NCBI GenBank assembly: GCA_026706895.1
Contig: JAPOXW010000015.1
Coordinates: 28,475 to 92,474, forward strand
Direction of reading: 5' to 3'
DNA: 64,000 bases
DNA from: Gammaproteobacteria bacterium
GTDB taxonomy: Bacteria; Pseudomonadota; Gammaproteobacteria; Poriferisulfidales; Poriferisulfidaceae
Below, one piece after another: positions 56,293 through 64,000 of this stretch; position 1 is the first letter of the stretch; each line of letters begins with the position of its first letter. A model generated the notes under the pieces. It was not told the origin of the DNA. It did no database searches and worked only from the letters and a program-made list of their open reading frames with translations. A program made the translations under genes and the position numbers.

Positions 56293-57183
56293 TTATCTAT
56301 CCATCAGGCGCCGCGGTTGGAGCTGTCCCGTCTCCAGCACTTCGGCCACACCGAAAAACTGGCCCTGCGCATCCTGCAATTTCCAAAATCCAGCAGATCC
56401 CTCGTGAGCGATCTGCTGCCCATTGCGCAACGCGGCCTCTTCACTCGCCGTGCAGGAATGAACCGGCCACTCGGGCAGCACTGCATCCGCGGGGAGCAAT
56501 CGTGCCAAGCGCGCTTCCTCGGAATCGGCCTCGACTTGTTCCAGACTGACCGCCTGGGCTTCGTCAAAAACCCCGAGCTCCGTACGCCGCAACTGGCTTA
56601 CGTATGCTCCGCAGCCCAACGCTTTGCCGATGTCGTGCCCCAGCGAGCGCACATACGTGCCCTTGCCGCAGGAAACCTCAAGCTCCCATTCCTCCCGGCG
56701 GTCCGCAAGCAGTTCCAGCCGGTCGATCCGCACTTCCCGGGGAGGCCGGTCGACCACCTTGCCCTCGCGAGCCAGTTCGTACAGGCGTCGCCCTTCGCTG
56801 TGGAGTGCGGAATACATAGGCGGAACCTGTTGGATCGTCCCGGTGAAGCGGGACAGCAAGTCGTCGATCTCGGCGCGCTCCAGCGAGGGAATCTCGGCAC
56901 GAGGTGGAGCCGTCTCCAGACTTTCCGCATCATGACTGTCCGTCTCCCGACCCAGCCGGATCGTGAACCGATAGGATTTCGGGGCATCCAGAAGGTAGGC
57001 GCACCAGCGGGTGGCCGGACCCAGGGCGATGGCGAGGAGCCCGCTCGCCAACGGGTCGAGGGTACCCGCATGTCCGGCACGTTTCGCCTGGAAGAGGCGC
57101 TTGATTCGGGATACGGCACGGGTCGAACTCAGTCCGACCGGCTTGTCCAGCAGCAACCAGCCGCAGGGTACAGGTATGGTCAC
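56293..57183 (-). CDS. truB: tRNA pseudouridine(55) synthase
   Basis: GWLLLDKPVGLSSTRAV, GHAGTLDPLASGLL. The GTG start overlaps the rbfA stop. Confidence 0.95.
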   Translation of the reverse strand: MTIPVPCGWLLLDKPVGLSSTRAVSRIKRLFQAKRAGHAGTLDPLASGLLAIALGPATRWCAYLLDAPKSYRFTIRLGRETDSHDAESLETAPPRAEIPSLERAEIDDLLSRFTGTIQQVPPMYSALHSEGRRLYELAREGKVVDRPPREVRIDRLELLADRREEWELEVSCGKGTYVRSLGHDIGKALGCGAYVSQLRRTELGVFDEAQAVSLEQVEADSEEARLARLLPADAVLPEWPVHSCTASEEAALRNGQQIAHEGSAGFWKLQDAQGQFFGVAEVLETGQLQPRRLMDR

Positions 57184-57545
57184 GGAGCCGTCTTGGCGCG
57201 GGTGGATGTCTCCAGAAGACTTTCGATCCGCTCTGCCCGATCCTCGGTATCGTCCAGGACGAAGCGCAGTTTCGGCACATAGCGCAGACCACCACGATCG
57301 CCAATCAACCGGCGAAAGAACGGCGTGCTGCGTACGAACCCGGCTTCGATTTCCGCGCGCCGGCGCGAATCCGGCGTTTCCGCGCTGATTACGTACACGG
57401 TGGCATGCTTCAGGTCCCGGCTCATGACAACCTCGGAAACCGTCAGCCGCCGCAGGCGCGGATCATTGATTTCATGCAGTAAGGCCGGGCCGAGAAGCCT
57501 GCGAACCTGTTCGCCCACCGCCACCGGGCGCTGTCCGGGGATCAC
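57180..57545 (-). CDS. rbfA: ribosome-binding factor A
   Basis: 121 aa. ..INDPRLRRLTVSEVVMSRDLKHATVYV.. aligns with E. coli RbfA. Confidence 0.93.
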   Translation of the reverse strand: MIPGQRPVAVGEQVRRLLGPALLHEINDPRLRRLTVSEVVMSRDLKHATVYVISAETPDSRRRAEIEAGFVRSTPFFRRLIGDRGGLRYVPKLRFVLDDTEDRAERIESLLETSTRAKTAP

Positions 57546-57554
57546 CGCGTTCTC

Positions 57555-59960
57555 CTAGAGCGTGCGGGCGGTCTCCACGCGCCGGTAGACCTCGATCTGG
57601 TCGCCCACCTGAACGTCGTTGTAGTTCGCCACGGCAATGCCGCACTCGGTGCCGACCTGGACTTCCGCCACATCATCCTTGTGGCGACGCAGGGACTCGA
57701 GCTCCCCTTCGTAAATGACCACGTTCTCGCGCAACACCCGGATCGGGTAACCGCGCTGAACCATGCCTTCGGAAACCCGGCATCCGGCCACCGGTCCCAT
57801 CTTGCTGGAGCGAAACACTTCCAGAACCTCCGCCAGACCCATGATCTCTTCCCGAACCTCCGGCGCCAACTGCTTCTCGAGCAATGTCTTGACATCGTCG
57901 ATCAGTTCGTAGATCACGTTGTAGTAGCGCAAATCTAGACCTCGATCTGCGATGGTGCGTCGCGCCGCACTGTCGGCGCGGACATTGAAGCCCAGCAGGA
58001 TGGACCCGGAAGCATCCGCCAACAGGGCGTCCGATTCATTGATGCCGCCGATTCCCGAGAGCACGATCTTGATCTGCGCCTCGTCGGTAGAGAGTTTCTC
58101 CAGCGATTCACGCAGGGCTTCGCCGCTGCCCCGCACATCCGTCTTGATAATCAGGTTGAGGGCCGCCTTCTGCTCCTCGCCCATCTGAGCCGCCCAAGCC
58201 AGGCTGGCCTCGCGGGGCTCGTCCGTCTGCAGGTGCCGTACAGATTCCTTGCGGTGATCCGTGATTTCGCGCGCCTTCTGTTCGTCGACCACCACATGCA
58301 TCGGGTCGCCCGCCTGAGGCACGCCCGACAGGCCCAGCACCAGGACCGGGAACGCCGGTTCCGCCTGTTCAACCTTCTGGCCGCTGTCGTCGAACATTCC
58401 CTTGACGCGTCCGTATTCCTGACCGCACAGCAACAAGTCGCGCTGGCGCAAACGACCTTCCTGGACCAAGACCGTCACGGTCGCGCCCCGACCACGGTCC
58501 AGACTGGATTCGATGACCACGCCGCGGGCCATTCCCTCGGCTGGAGCCTTCAGGTCCAGTACTTCCGCCTGCAGGGTGATCGCCTCCAGCAGTGAATCCA
58601 TTCCCTCCCCGGTCTTGGCCGAAACCTGGACGAACATGGTGTCGCCCCCCCAGTCTTCGGGCTGCACGCCGAGCGCCGAAAGCGCGGTCCGCACTTTTTC
58701 GGGATCCGCATTGTCGCGATCGATTTTGTTGATCGCCACGATGATCGGGACTTCCGCGTCGCGGGCATGCTGGATCGCCTCTTCGGTCTGCGGCTTCACG
58801 CCGTCGTCGGCGGCCACCACCAACACGATAAGGTCCGTGCATCGCGCGCCCCTCCCGCGCATGGCGGTAAACGCGGCATGGCCCGGAGTATCCAGGAACG
58901 TGATCTTGCCGTTCGGGGCATCCAACTGGTAGGCTCCGATATGCTGGGTAATCCCGCCCGCCTCGCCAGCGGCGACCCGGGTTTTCCTCAGGTAGTCCAG
59001 CAACGAGGTCTTGCCGTGGTCGACATGGCCCATGACCGTCACCACAGGCGGTCGCGATATGGGGTCCCCGGTCGGTGCGCAGTCCACCAGCAGGTCGGCT
59101 TCCACGTCCTCGACATGCACCCGCTGTACCTTGTGGCCCATGTTCTCGACCACCAACTCCGCGGTGTCGGGGTCCAGCGAATCGTTGATGGTCGCCGTCT
59201 CACCCAGATCCATCAGCGTCTTGATGACTGCCGAGGCCTTGACCGCCATCGCCATCGCCAGTTCCGCCACCGTCACCGGCCCGGCCAGAGCGACTTCCCG
59301 GACGATCTGTGCCGTCGGTTCCGTGAATTGATGTTTGTTGTCGACCACCACCCGGGCCTGTTTCTTCGCGCGCGGCTTGCGCGTCCGGCGCTGGTCGTCA
59401 ATGTGCAGCTGGCCGCGGTGCCGTTCCCGGCTCGGGCCTGGCTTGCCTCGGGGTTCCCGGTCTTCCCGGGGCTTGGCTCGCGGCTTCGCCTTTCGCCCGG
59501 CACGGGGCGCGGCACTGGCCGCGGGCTTGCGCTTCTCTTCTCCAGCCTGCGCTTTGGGCTTCGCCTTCTTCTCTTGCGGTTCCGCCTGTTGGGCCTCGGC
59601 CGGGACCTCGGCCGGAGCGTCCGGTGGAGACTCGGGAGCTGGTTCCGGCTCCGGCGCCTTCTCGGGGGCCTCGATCTTGGGCCGCACCAGGCGATATTTG
59701 CCCTTGACCTTGACCTTGACCCGATTGCGCCCCGGCCCGCCGGTCCGTGGAATCTCTACCTGGCCCGCCGACGGTCGAGACTGCACCAGGGTCGCGCCCG
59801 TGGGCCCGCCATTGCGCATGTAGCGCACCAGTTGTTTCTTGTCGTCGTCGCTGAGCGTGTCCTGCTCGTCCTTTTTGGCCAACCCGGCATGCTGGCACAT
59901 CGCGAGCAACTGCTCAGGCGACATGCGCAGGGAAGGAGCGTATTCAGCGATCGTGACCAT
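57555..59960 (-). CDS. infB: translation initiation factor IF-2
   Basis: 801 aa. G-domain VMGHVDHGKTSLLD, DTPGH, NKID. Lys/Pro/Ala/Glu-rich N-terminal region. Confidence 0.98.
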   Translation of the reverse strand: MVTIAEYAPSLRMSPEQLLAMCQHAGLAKKDEQDTLSDDDKKQLVRYMRNGGPTGATLVQSRPSAGQVEIPRTGGPGRNRVKVKVKGKYRLVRPKIEAPEKAPEPEPAPESPPDAPAEVPAEAQQAEPQEKKAKPKAQAGEEKRKPAASAAPRAGRKAKPRAKPREDREPRGKPGPSRERHRGQLHIDDQRRTRKPRAKKQARVVVDNKHQFTEPTAQIVREVALAGPVTVAELAMAMAVKASAVIKTLMDLGETATINDSLDPDTAELVVENMGHKVQRVHVEDVEADLLVDCAPTGDPISRPPVVTVMGHVDHGKTSLLDYLRKTRVAAGEAGGITQHIGAYQLDAPNGKITFLDTPGHAAFTAMRGRGARCTDLIVLVVAADDGVKPQTEEAIQHARDAEVPIIVAINKIDRDNADPEKVRTALSALGVQPEDWGGDTMFVQVSAKTGEGMDSLLEAITLQAEVLDLKAPAEGMARGVVIESSLDRGRGATVTVLVQEGRLRQRDLLLCGQEYGRVKGMFDDSGQKVEQAEPAFPVLVLGLSGVPQAGDPMHVVVDEQKAREITDHRKESVRHLQTDEPREASLAWAAQMGEEQKAALNLIIKTDVRGSGEALRESLEKLSTDEAQIKIVLSGIGGINESDALLADASGSILLGFNVRADSAARRTIADRGLDLRYYNVIYELIDDVKTLLEKQLAPEVREEIMGLAEVLEVFRSSKMGPVAGCRVSEGMVQRGYPIRVLRENVVIYEGELESLRRHKDDVAEVQVGTECGIAVANYNDVQVGDQIEVYRRVETARTL

Positions 59961-59975
59961 CTTGATTAATCCCGA

Positions 59976-61463
59976 TCAGGCCTCCGGCAACTGCATGACC
60001 AGGTTTTCGCGCGCCTTCATGATCAGGGCACCTGCCCGCTCTTCGTCCAGCGACTCGATCTCGGGCAGCTCGTCCAGGGCCAGTTCCGCCAGTTGCCGTC
60101 GCGTGGTAATGCCATGCAAAGCTAACTGCATCGCGAGGTCGGGGTCCATTCCCTCCACGTTGAGGATGTCCTCATCCTCCGCCATCTCCGCGCTCTGCGC
60201 CAAGCTGTCCTGTGCCCGTTCCTTCAACTCAGCCACCACCTGCTCGTTGAATTCGTCGATCAGCAGCAGGTCCTGATCCGGCACGTACGCAAGCTCCTGG
60301 ACTTCTCGGAAGCCGTTTTCCACCAGGATTCCCGCAATATGCTCGTCGACATCCAGCTCTTCCTGGAATTTTTCTTCGAGCACCCGCTGCTCCTGATCGC
60401 TCTTCTCGCGCAATTCCTGCGCCGTCATGACGTTCAGCGTCCAGCCGGTCAACTGGCTTGCCAAGCGGACGTTCTGCCCGTTCCGGCCGATCGCCTGCGA
60501 CAGGCGGTCCTCCTCGACCGCAATATCCATGACCTTGTTCTCTTCGTCCTGGACGATCTCGTCGACCGAAGGGAGCGACATGGCGTTGATCACGTACTGC
60601 GCCGAATTCTCGTGCCAGGTAATGATGTCGATTCGCTCGCCGGACAACTCGTTGGAGACCGCCTGTACCCGGGAGCCGCGCATGCCCACGCAGGCGCCCA
60701 CCGGATCCAGCCGGGAGTCGTTGGTGCGCACCGCGATCTTGGCGCGAATTCCGGGGTCCCGCGCGGCAGCCACGATCTCGATCAACCCCTGCTCGATCTC
60801 CGGGACTTCCAGATGGAACAGTTGGATCAGGAATTCCGGCACGGTCCGGGACAGGATCAGCTGCGGGCCGCGGGTTTCCTGGCGCACTTCGCGCAGGTAG
60901 GCGCGGAGCCGGTCGCCGGTGCGGATGATTTCGCGCTGGATGGTGTCCTCGCGCGGAATGAACCCTTCCGTGTTCCCGCCCAAGTCGATGTAAGCGCCGG
61001 CATGCTCGACCCGCTTGACGATGCCGATCAGCAGGTCGCCAACCTTGTCTTCGTAGGCTTCCGCGATCTGCGCCCGTTCCGCCTCGCGCACTTTCTGCAC
61101 GATGACCTGCTTGGCGGTATGCGCGGAAATCCGCCCAATGTCCACGGAGTCGATCGGCTCCTCGATGTAGTCGCCGATTTCGAGTTTCGGGTCCCGCTGC
61201 TGCGCGGTGCTCACCAGGATCTGCCCGTCGGGTGACTGGAACTCGGGATCGTCGTCGGCCATCACCAGCCAACGCCGGAATGTTTCGTAGGCACCCGTAT
61301 CCCGGTTGATGGCAATGCGCACGTCGGAATCGCCGCCCAAGTTCTTGCGGGTCGCCGCCGCCAGAGCCACTTCCAGCGCATCGAAAATAATTTCGCGCTC
61401 GATCCCCTTCTCCGTAGAGACGGTCTCGACCACGGCCAGAATGTCTATACCGGCATCACTCAT
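59976..61463 (-). CDS. nusA: transcription termination/antitermination factor NusA
   Basis: 495 aa. S1 and KH domains (CVGMRGSRVQAVSNEL, AIGRNGQNVRLASQLTGW) and C-terminal acidic repeats. Confidence 0.98.
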   Translation of the reverse strand: MSDAGIDILAVVETVSTEKGIEREIIFDALEVALAAATRKNLGGDSDVRIAINRDTGAYETFRRWLVMADDDPEFQSPDGQILVSTAQQRDPKLEIGDYIEEPIDSVDIGRISAHTAKQVIVQKVREAERAQIAEAYEDKVGDLLIGIVKRVEHAGAYIDLGGNTEGFIPREDTIQREIIRTGDRLRAYLREVRQETRGPQLILSRTVPEFLIQLFHLEVPEIEQGLIEIVAAARDPGIRAKIAVRTNDSRLDPVGACVGMRGSRVQAVSNELSGERIDIITWHENSAQYVINAMSLPSVDEIVQDEENKVMDIAVEEDRLSQAIGRNGQNVRLASQLTGWTLNVMTAQELREKSDQEQRVLEEKFQEELDVDEHIAGILVENGFREVQELAYVPDQDLLLIDEFNEQVVAELKERAQDSLAQSAEMAEDEDILNVEGMDPDLAMQLALHGITTRRQLAELALDELPEIESLDEERAGALIMKARENLVMQLPEA

Positions 61464-61469
61464 CGCCAG

Positions 61470-61934
61470 TCATTCCTCCTCATAGTGCAATCGCGCCTGG
61501 GCGATTACGTTGTAGGGAACCACGAACGTCTGCTCGTCTTCCCGGATTTCCACGGCATTGCCGTTCGCCGCCTCGATCGTTCCGAACAGGCGACGGCGTC
61601 CTTCCAGCGGCCAGCGCAGGCGTATGGACACCTGCGATTCCCGGTAGCGCTGGAAATGCTCCGGGCACAGCAGCAACCGGTCCAACCCCGGCGAGGATAC
61701 TTCCAGCCGATAGGCGGTCCGGATCGGGTCCGCCACGCCCAGCAGCCCGCTCACCTGGTCGCTGACGGCCGCGCAGTCAGCGTGGCTGATGCCGTCCGGG
61801 TGGTCGATGTACACGCACACCCGACCTTGGCGCACACCCAACTGGCATACAAGCCCCCACAGCTCGTAGCCCATTCTTTCGATTTGGGGTGCGATCAGGG
61901 ACTTTAATGTTTGAGTCGTGCCATCGGCCTTCAT
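61470..61934 (-). CDS. rimP: ribosome maturation factor RimP
   Basis: YRLEVSSPGLDRLL. The AGGAGGA abuts the first ATG (61940), so the ATG at 61934 (MKADGTT), 7 nt from the RBS, is preferred. Confidence 0.9.
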   Translation of the reverse strand: MKADGTTQTLKSLIAPQIERMGYELWGLVCQLGVRQGRVCVYIDHPDGISHADCAAVSDQVSGLLGVADPIRTAYRLEVSSPGLDRLLLCPEHFQRYRESQVSIRLRWPLEGRRRLFGTIEAANGNAVEIREDEQTFVVPYNVIAQARLHYEEE

Positions 61935-61957
61935 CAACATTCCTCCTGAACCTAACA

Positions 61958-61979
61958 GAAACCCCCTTTCGGGGGCTTC
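61958..61979 (-). promoter_or_regulatory. GC-rich hairpin with U-rich tail in the rimP-nusA-infB leader (terminator/attenuator-like)
   Basis: The minus strand reads GAAGCCCCC-GAAA-GGGGGTTTC followed by TGTT. It ends about 10 nt before the rimP RBS. Confidence 0.45.
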
Positions 61980-62059
61980 TACGGGAACCCAGGTTGTGTC
62001 CTGCGCTCAATTATACACGGTTCAGGCGTATTTTTACTGGATTTTACAGCGCGAAATCT

Positions 62060-62073
62060 ATTACAATTGTAAT
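62060..62073. repeat. perfect 14-bp palindrome ATTACAATTGTAAT
   Basis: All 7 mirror pairs match. It lies about 50 bp upstream of the -35 element of the methyltransferase promoter. Confidence 0.5.
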
Positions 62074-62124
62074 CTCCCGCGCAGTAGAAAGCCGTTTGGA
62101 CCGTATTTATTCCGCGACTACAAT

Positions 62125-62154
62125 TTGACGCTATCTCTAGCCAAAGTCTATAAT
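62125..62154 (+). promoter_or_regulatory. sigma-70-type promoter of the methyltransferase/HNH pair
   Basis: TTGACG (62125-62130), an 18-nt spacer, then TATAAT (62149-62154). AGGAAG at 62170-62175 lies 9 nt before the ATG at 62185. Confidence 0.6.
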
Positions 62155-62184
62155 AGTAATATCGAAATTAGGAAGCATGGGGAC

Positions 62185-62958
62185 ATGACACATGATGCTC
62201 TATCTTCCGCTCACATTAAATTAAACGTGGCAAAAGCGACGCAACAGGCGTTGTCACTAAGTTGTGTACAGGAAAGCAGCGAATGTGACGTAATTGATGT
62301 CAATGGGCGCGCCACGACGTCCCCCGCAAGTAACGCACAGCAGGGAAATAAGGTGACTGACCACGCCCATACCGATGGAGTGGAGATTGATTTATGCGCT
62401 CCTCCGTCTATGCCCGGAAGTTACCGATGTGTTGTCGTAGATCCACCGTGGGATCAAGGAAAAACTGGTCGGCGAACAGTTCGGCCAGCACAAGGAACCG
62501 TTCTTGATTATCCAACACTTACTGTTGATGAGATAGAGAAAATAGCTCTAGTGTCGGAGTGGGCGGCAGACTCGGCGTTTCTCTGGCTATGGGCCACTAA
62601 CAGCAAATCTAAATCAAGCAAAAAACCAATTCTTGCACATGCGTTTGACCTGATGGAGAGATGGGGATTTCGGTATCACACGATGCTGACATGGAACAAG
62701 GGTACCGGCCCCTGCCCATTCGGTCCCTACCAGGTCATAACAGAGCATTGCCTATTTGGTTACCGAGGAAAATTCAAGATAGGCCGTGAAATGATGGGGC
62801 AAATGCGGACATGCTTCACTGCAACACCAACAGTCCATAGCGAGAAGCCAGACATGTTCTATCAAGGTATTTCCCAGTTGTTTGATGGCCCCCGACTAGA
62901 TGTTTTTGGCAGAAAAGCCCGACCCGGATTTGAGGGCTGGGGAAATGAAGCACGCTGA
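62185..62958 (+). CDS. MT-A70-family DNA methyltransferase (N6-adenine type, beta-class order)
   Basis: VVVDPPWDQ (the DPPW catalytic motif), then LWLWATN, and C-terminal RLDVFGRKARPGFEGWGNE. Start is at the ATG of MTHDAL, downstream of the promoter. The ORF-track start (61918) lies inside rimP and its leader. Confidence 0.8.
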   Translation: MTHDALSSAHIKLNVAKATQQALSLSCVQESSECDVIDVNGRATTSPASNAQQGNKVTDHAHTDGVEIDLCAPPSMPGSYRCVVVDPPWDQGKTGRRTVRPAQGTVLDYPTLTVDEIEKIALVSEWAADSAFLWLWATNSKSKSSKKPILAHAFDLMERWGFRYHTMLTWNKGTGPCPFGPYQVITEHCLFGYRGKFKIGREMMGQMRTCFTATPTVHSEKPDMFYQGISQLFDGPRLDVFGRKARPGFEGWGNEAR

Positions 62959-63922
62959 TGATACACGTACGGCGAAGCCGGTAGATTACGACGATATCAG
63001 TATCCTCACGTTTGGTTATCTGTCCGCCCTACCCACCCGATTTCGCTGGGACATCCAAGTACCCCGGCGGTTGTGGAAAAAATGGGCTGATACACACAAG
63101 GAATTAACTGGCGTCCGGATTTTGCAGAGAGATGCAAGCCAGATCGCGGGCCTTTATATAAGCGAATCCGAAGACAAACGGGCAGCACAAAACCGGTTTC
63201 AGTATTTTCCTGCAGGGCATCCGCCGAAAGATTTGTGGTCGAAAAGTAGGGAACATACGCAATATGCGCGCGTGAGCAATAAAGACTTCAGCCAGCAGCT
63301 TCGGAGATTCGGGAAAGGACCGTCAAAAGCAGGAATGATGGACTGGGATGCTGGCTATCAACACCTAACGCCTTCACAAAAATCCCTTTTTGATGCCGGA
63401 AAGGCAATGGCGTCTTTGCCCAGTGACGTCAAAGTAACCGAGAAACCTTTCATAAAGCAGTTTTCTGTTGCGAATGATCGAATTAGCAAATTACTAGCGC
63501 GCCCCTTCAAGATGAAGGGCGAGACTGCGGAGAAGTTGACCTCAACAGTCCGTATAGCCCGTGATGCCTCATTTCGACAAGTTGTACTGGATTCGTATGG
63601 GGGGCAATGCGCGTTATGTGGAAGTTCTTTCCGATTCAAAAACCATTTAGAGACGGAAGCGGCACACATAGTGCCCAAATCAGCAAGGGGCACAGATGAT
63701 CCACGCAATGGGCTTGCGCTCTGCCGGTCACACCATTGGGCGTTCGACACAGGCATGTGGGCGGTAAAGCCCAATGGCCGCATTGTTGTGTCGAAAGTTG
63801 CTCTGGAACTACCCGAGAATGCTGAGTTAGCGCAATATCGAGGAAAGCGCTTGAAACGCGGGAAGATCAATCCCGAGCCAAAGGCTCTGGCCTATCGTCT
63901 GGACAAAATTTTCCACACATAA
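62945..63922 (+). CDS. HNH endonuclease (HNH_2-type C-terminal domain) with uncharacterised N-terminal ~220 aa
   Basis: RDASFRQVVLDSYGGQCALCGSSFRFKNHLETEAAHIVPKSARGTDDPRNGLALCRSHHWAFDTGMW. The ATG at 62945 overlaps the methyltransferase end by 14 nt. Confidence 0.75.
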   Translation: MKHADDTRTAKPVDYDDISILTFGYLSALPTRFRWDIQVPRRLWKKWADTHKELTGVRILQRDASQIAGLYISESEDKRAAQNRFQYFPAGHPPKDLWSKSREHTQYARVSNKDFSQQLRRFGKGPSKAGMMDWDAGYQHLTPSQKSLFDAGKAMASLPSDVKVTEKPFIKQFSVANDRISKLLARPFKMKGETAEKLTSTVRIARDASFRQVVLDSYGGQCALCGSSFRFKNHLETEAAHIVPKSARGTDDPRNGLALCRSHHWAFDTGMWAVKPNGRIVVSKVALELPENAELAQYRGKRLKRGKINPEPKALAYRLDKIFHT

Positions 63923-64000
63923 TTCCAGAGAGATAAGTGCCAATCGGAAATTGGCTGGCTCCCGAAGCACTCCATCACTGCTTCGCTGGGCCACAGGGAA

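Noticed and set aside
59400-59700. Repetitive GC-rich stretch that could be mistaken for a tandem repeat or mobile-element remnant
   Set aside because: It encodes the Lys/Pro/Ala/Glu-rich low-complexity N-terminal region normal for IF-2 and is in frame within infB.
58767-59969. 400-aa plus-strand ORF
   Set aside because: It is antisense to infB, which contains the full IF-2 G-domain, so this is a shadow frame.
63923-64000. Possible tRNA or terminator after the HNH gene (GCCAAT-CGGAA-ATTGGC; TGGCTGGCTCCCGAAG...)
   Set aside because: The hairpin has only a 6-bp stem with no U-tract. The TGG-initiated stretch lacks a T-arm (GGATTCGAACC-type) signature, and the window ends before anything could be confirmed.

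Overview
High-GC bacterial chromosome segment whose housekeeping gene order looks gammaproteobacterial: proA/holA, recA-recX-alaS-lysC-csrA-tRNA-Ser, mutS, purMN, pmbA/tldD, sspAB-petABC, mlaC-murA-hisG-aroG-hisD, and rimP-nusA-infB-rbfA-truB. Most genes are tightly packed, and many start and stop codons overlap (ATGA or GTGA). All calls rest on reading the supplied translations for motifs I recognise; no searches were run. The main result is a compact six-gene sterol biosynthesis cluster at about 12.96-22.9 kb. It encodes an SdmB-like NAD(P) reductase, an SdmA-like Rieske oxygenase, an ERG4/ERG24-type sterol reductase, CYP51, a single 1152-aa ORF fusing squalene epoxidase to an oxidosqualene cyclase (DCTAE motif), and a convergent DHCR24-like delta-24 reductase. 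The cluster, together with a nucleotidyltransferase/HEPN pair and a DUF1640 gene, sits between pncC-recA and mutS, which are near neighbours in other gammaproteobacteria, so horizontal acquisition is plausible. Several small AT-richer islets interrupt the core genes. These are a tRNA-Ser-flanking remnant (PD-(D/E)XK/DUF4268 protein plus an ATPase fragment), MntA/HepT, VapBC, a Panacea (DUF4065) antitoxin with an unassigned partner ORF, and an MT-A70 methyltransferase plus HNH nuclease pair with a near-consensus promoter. No CRISPR array, rRNA, transposase or integrase was seen. Many long antisense ORFs are treated as high-GC shadow frames.
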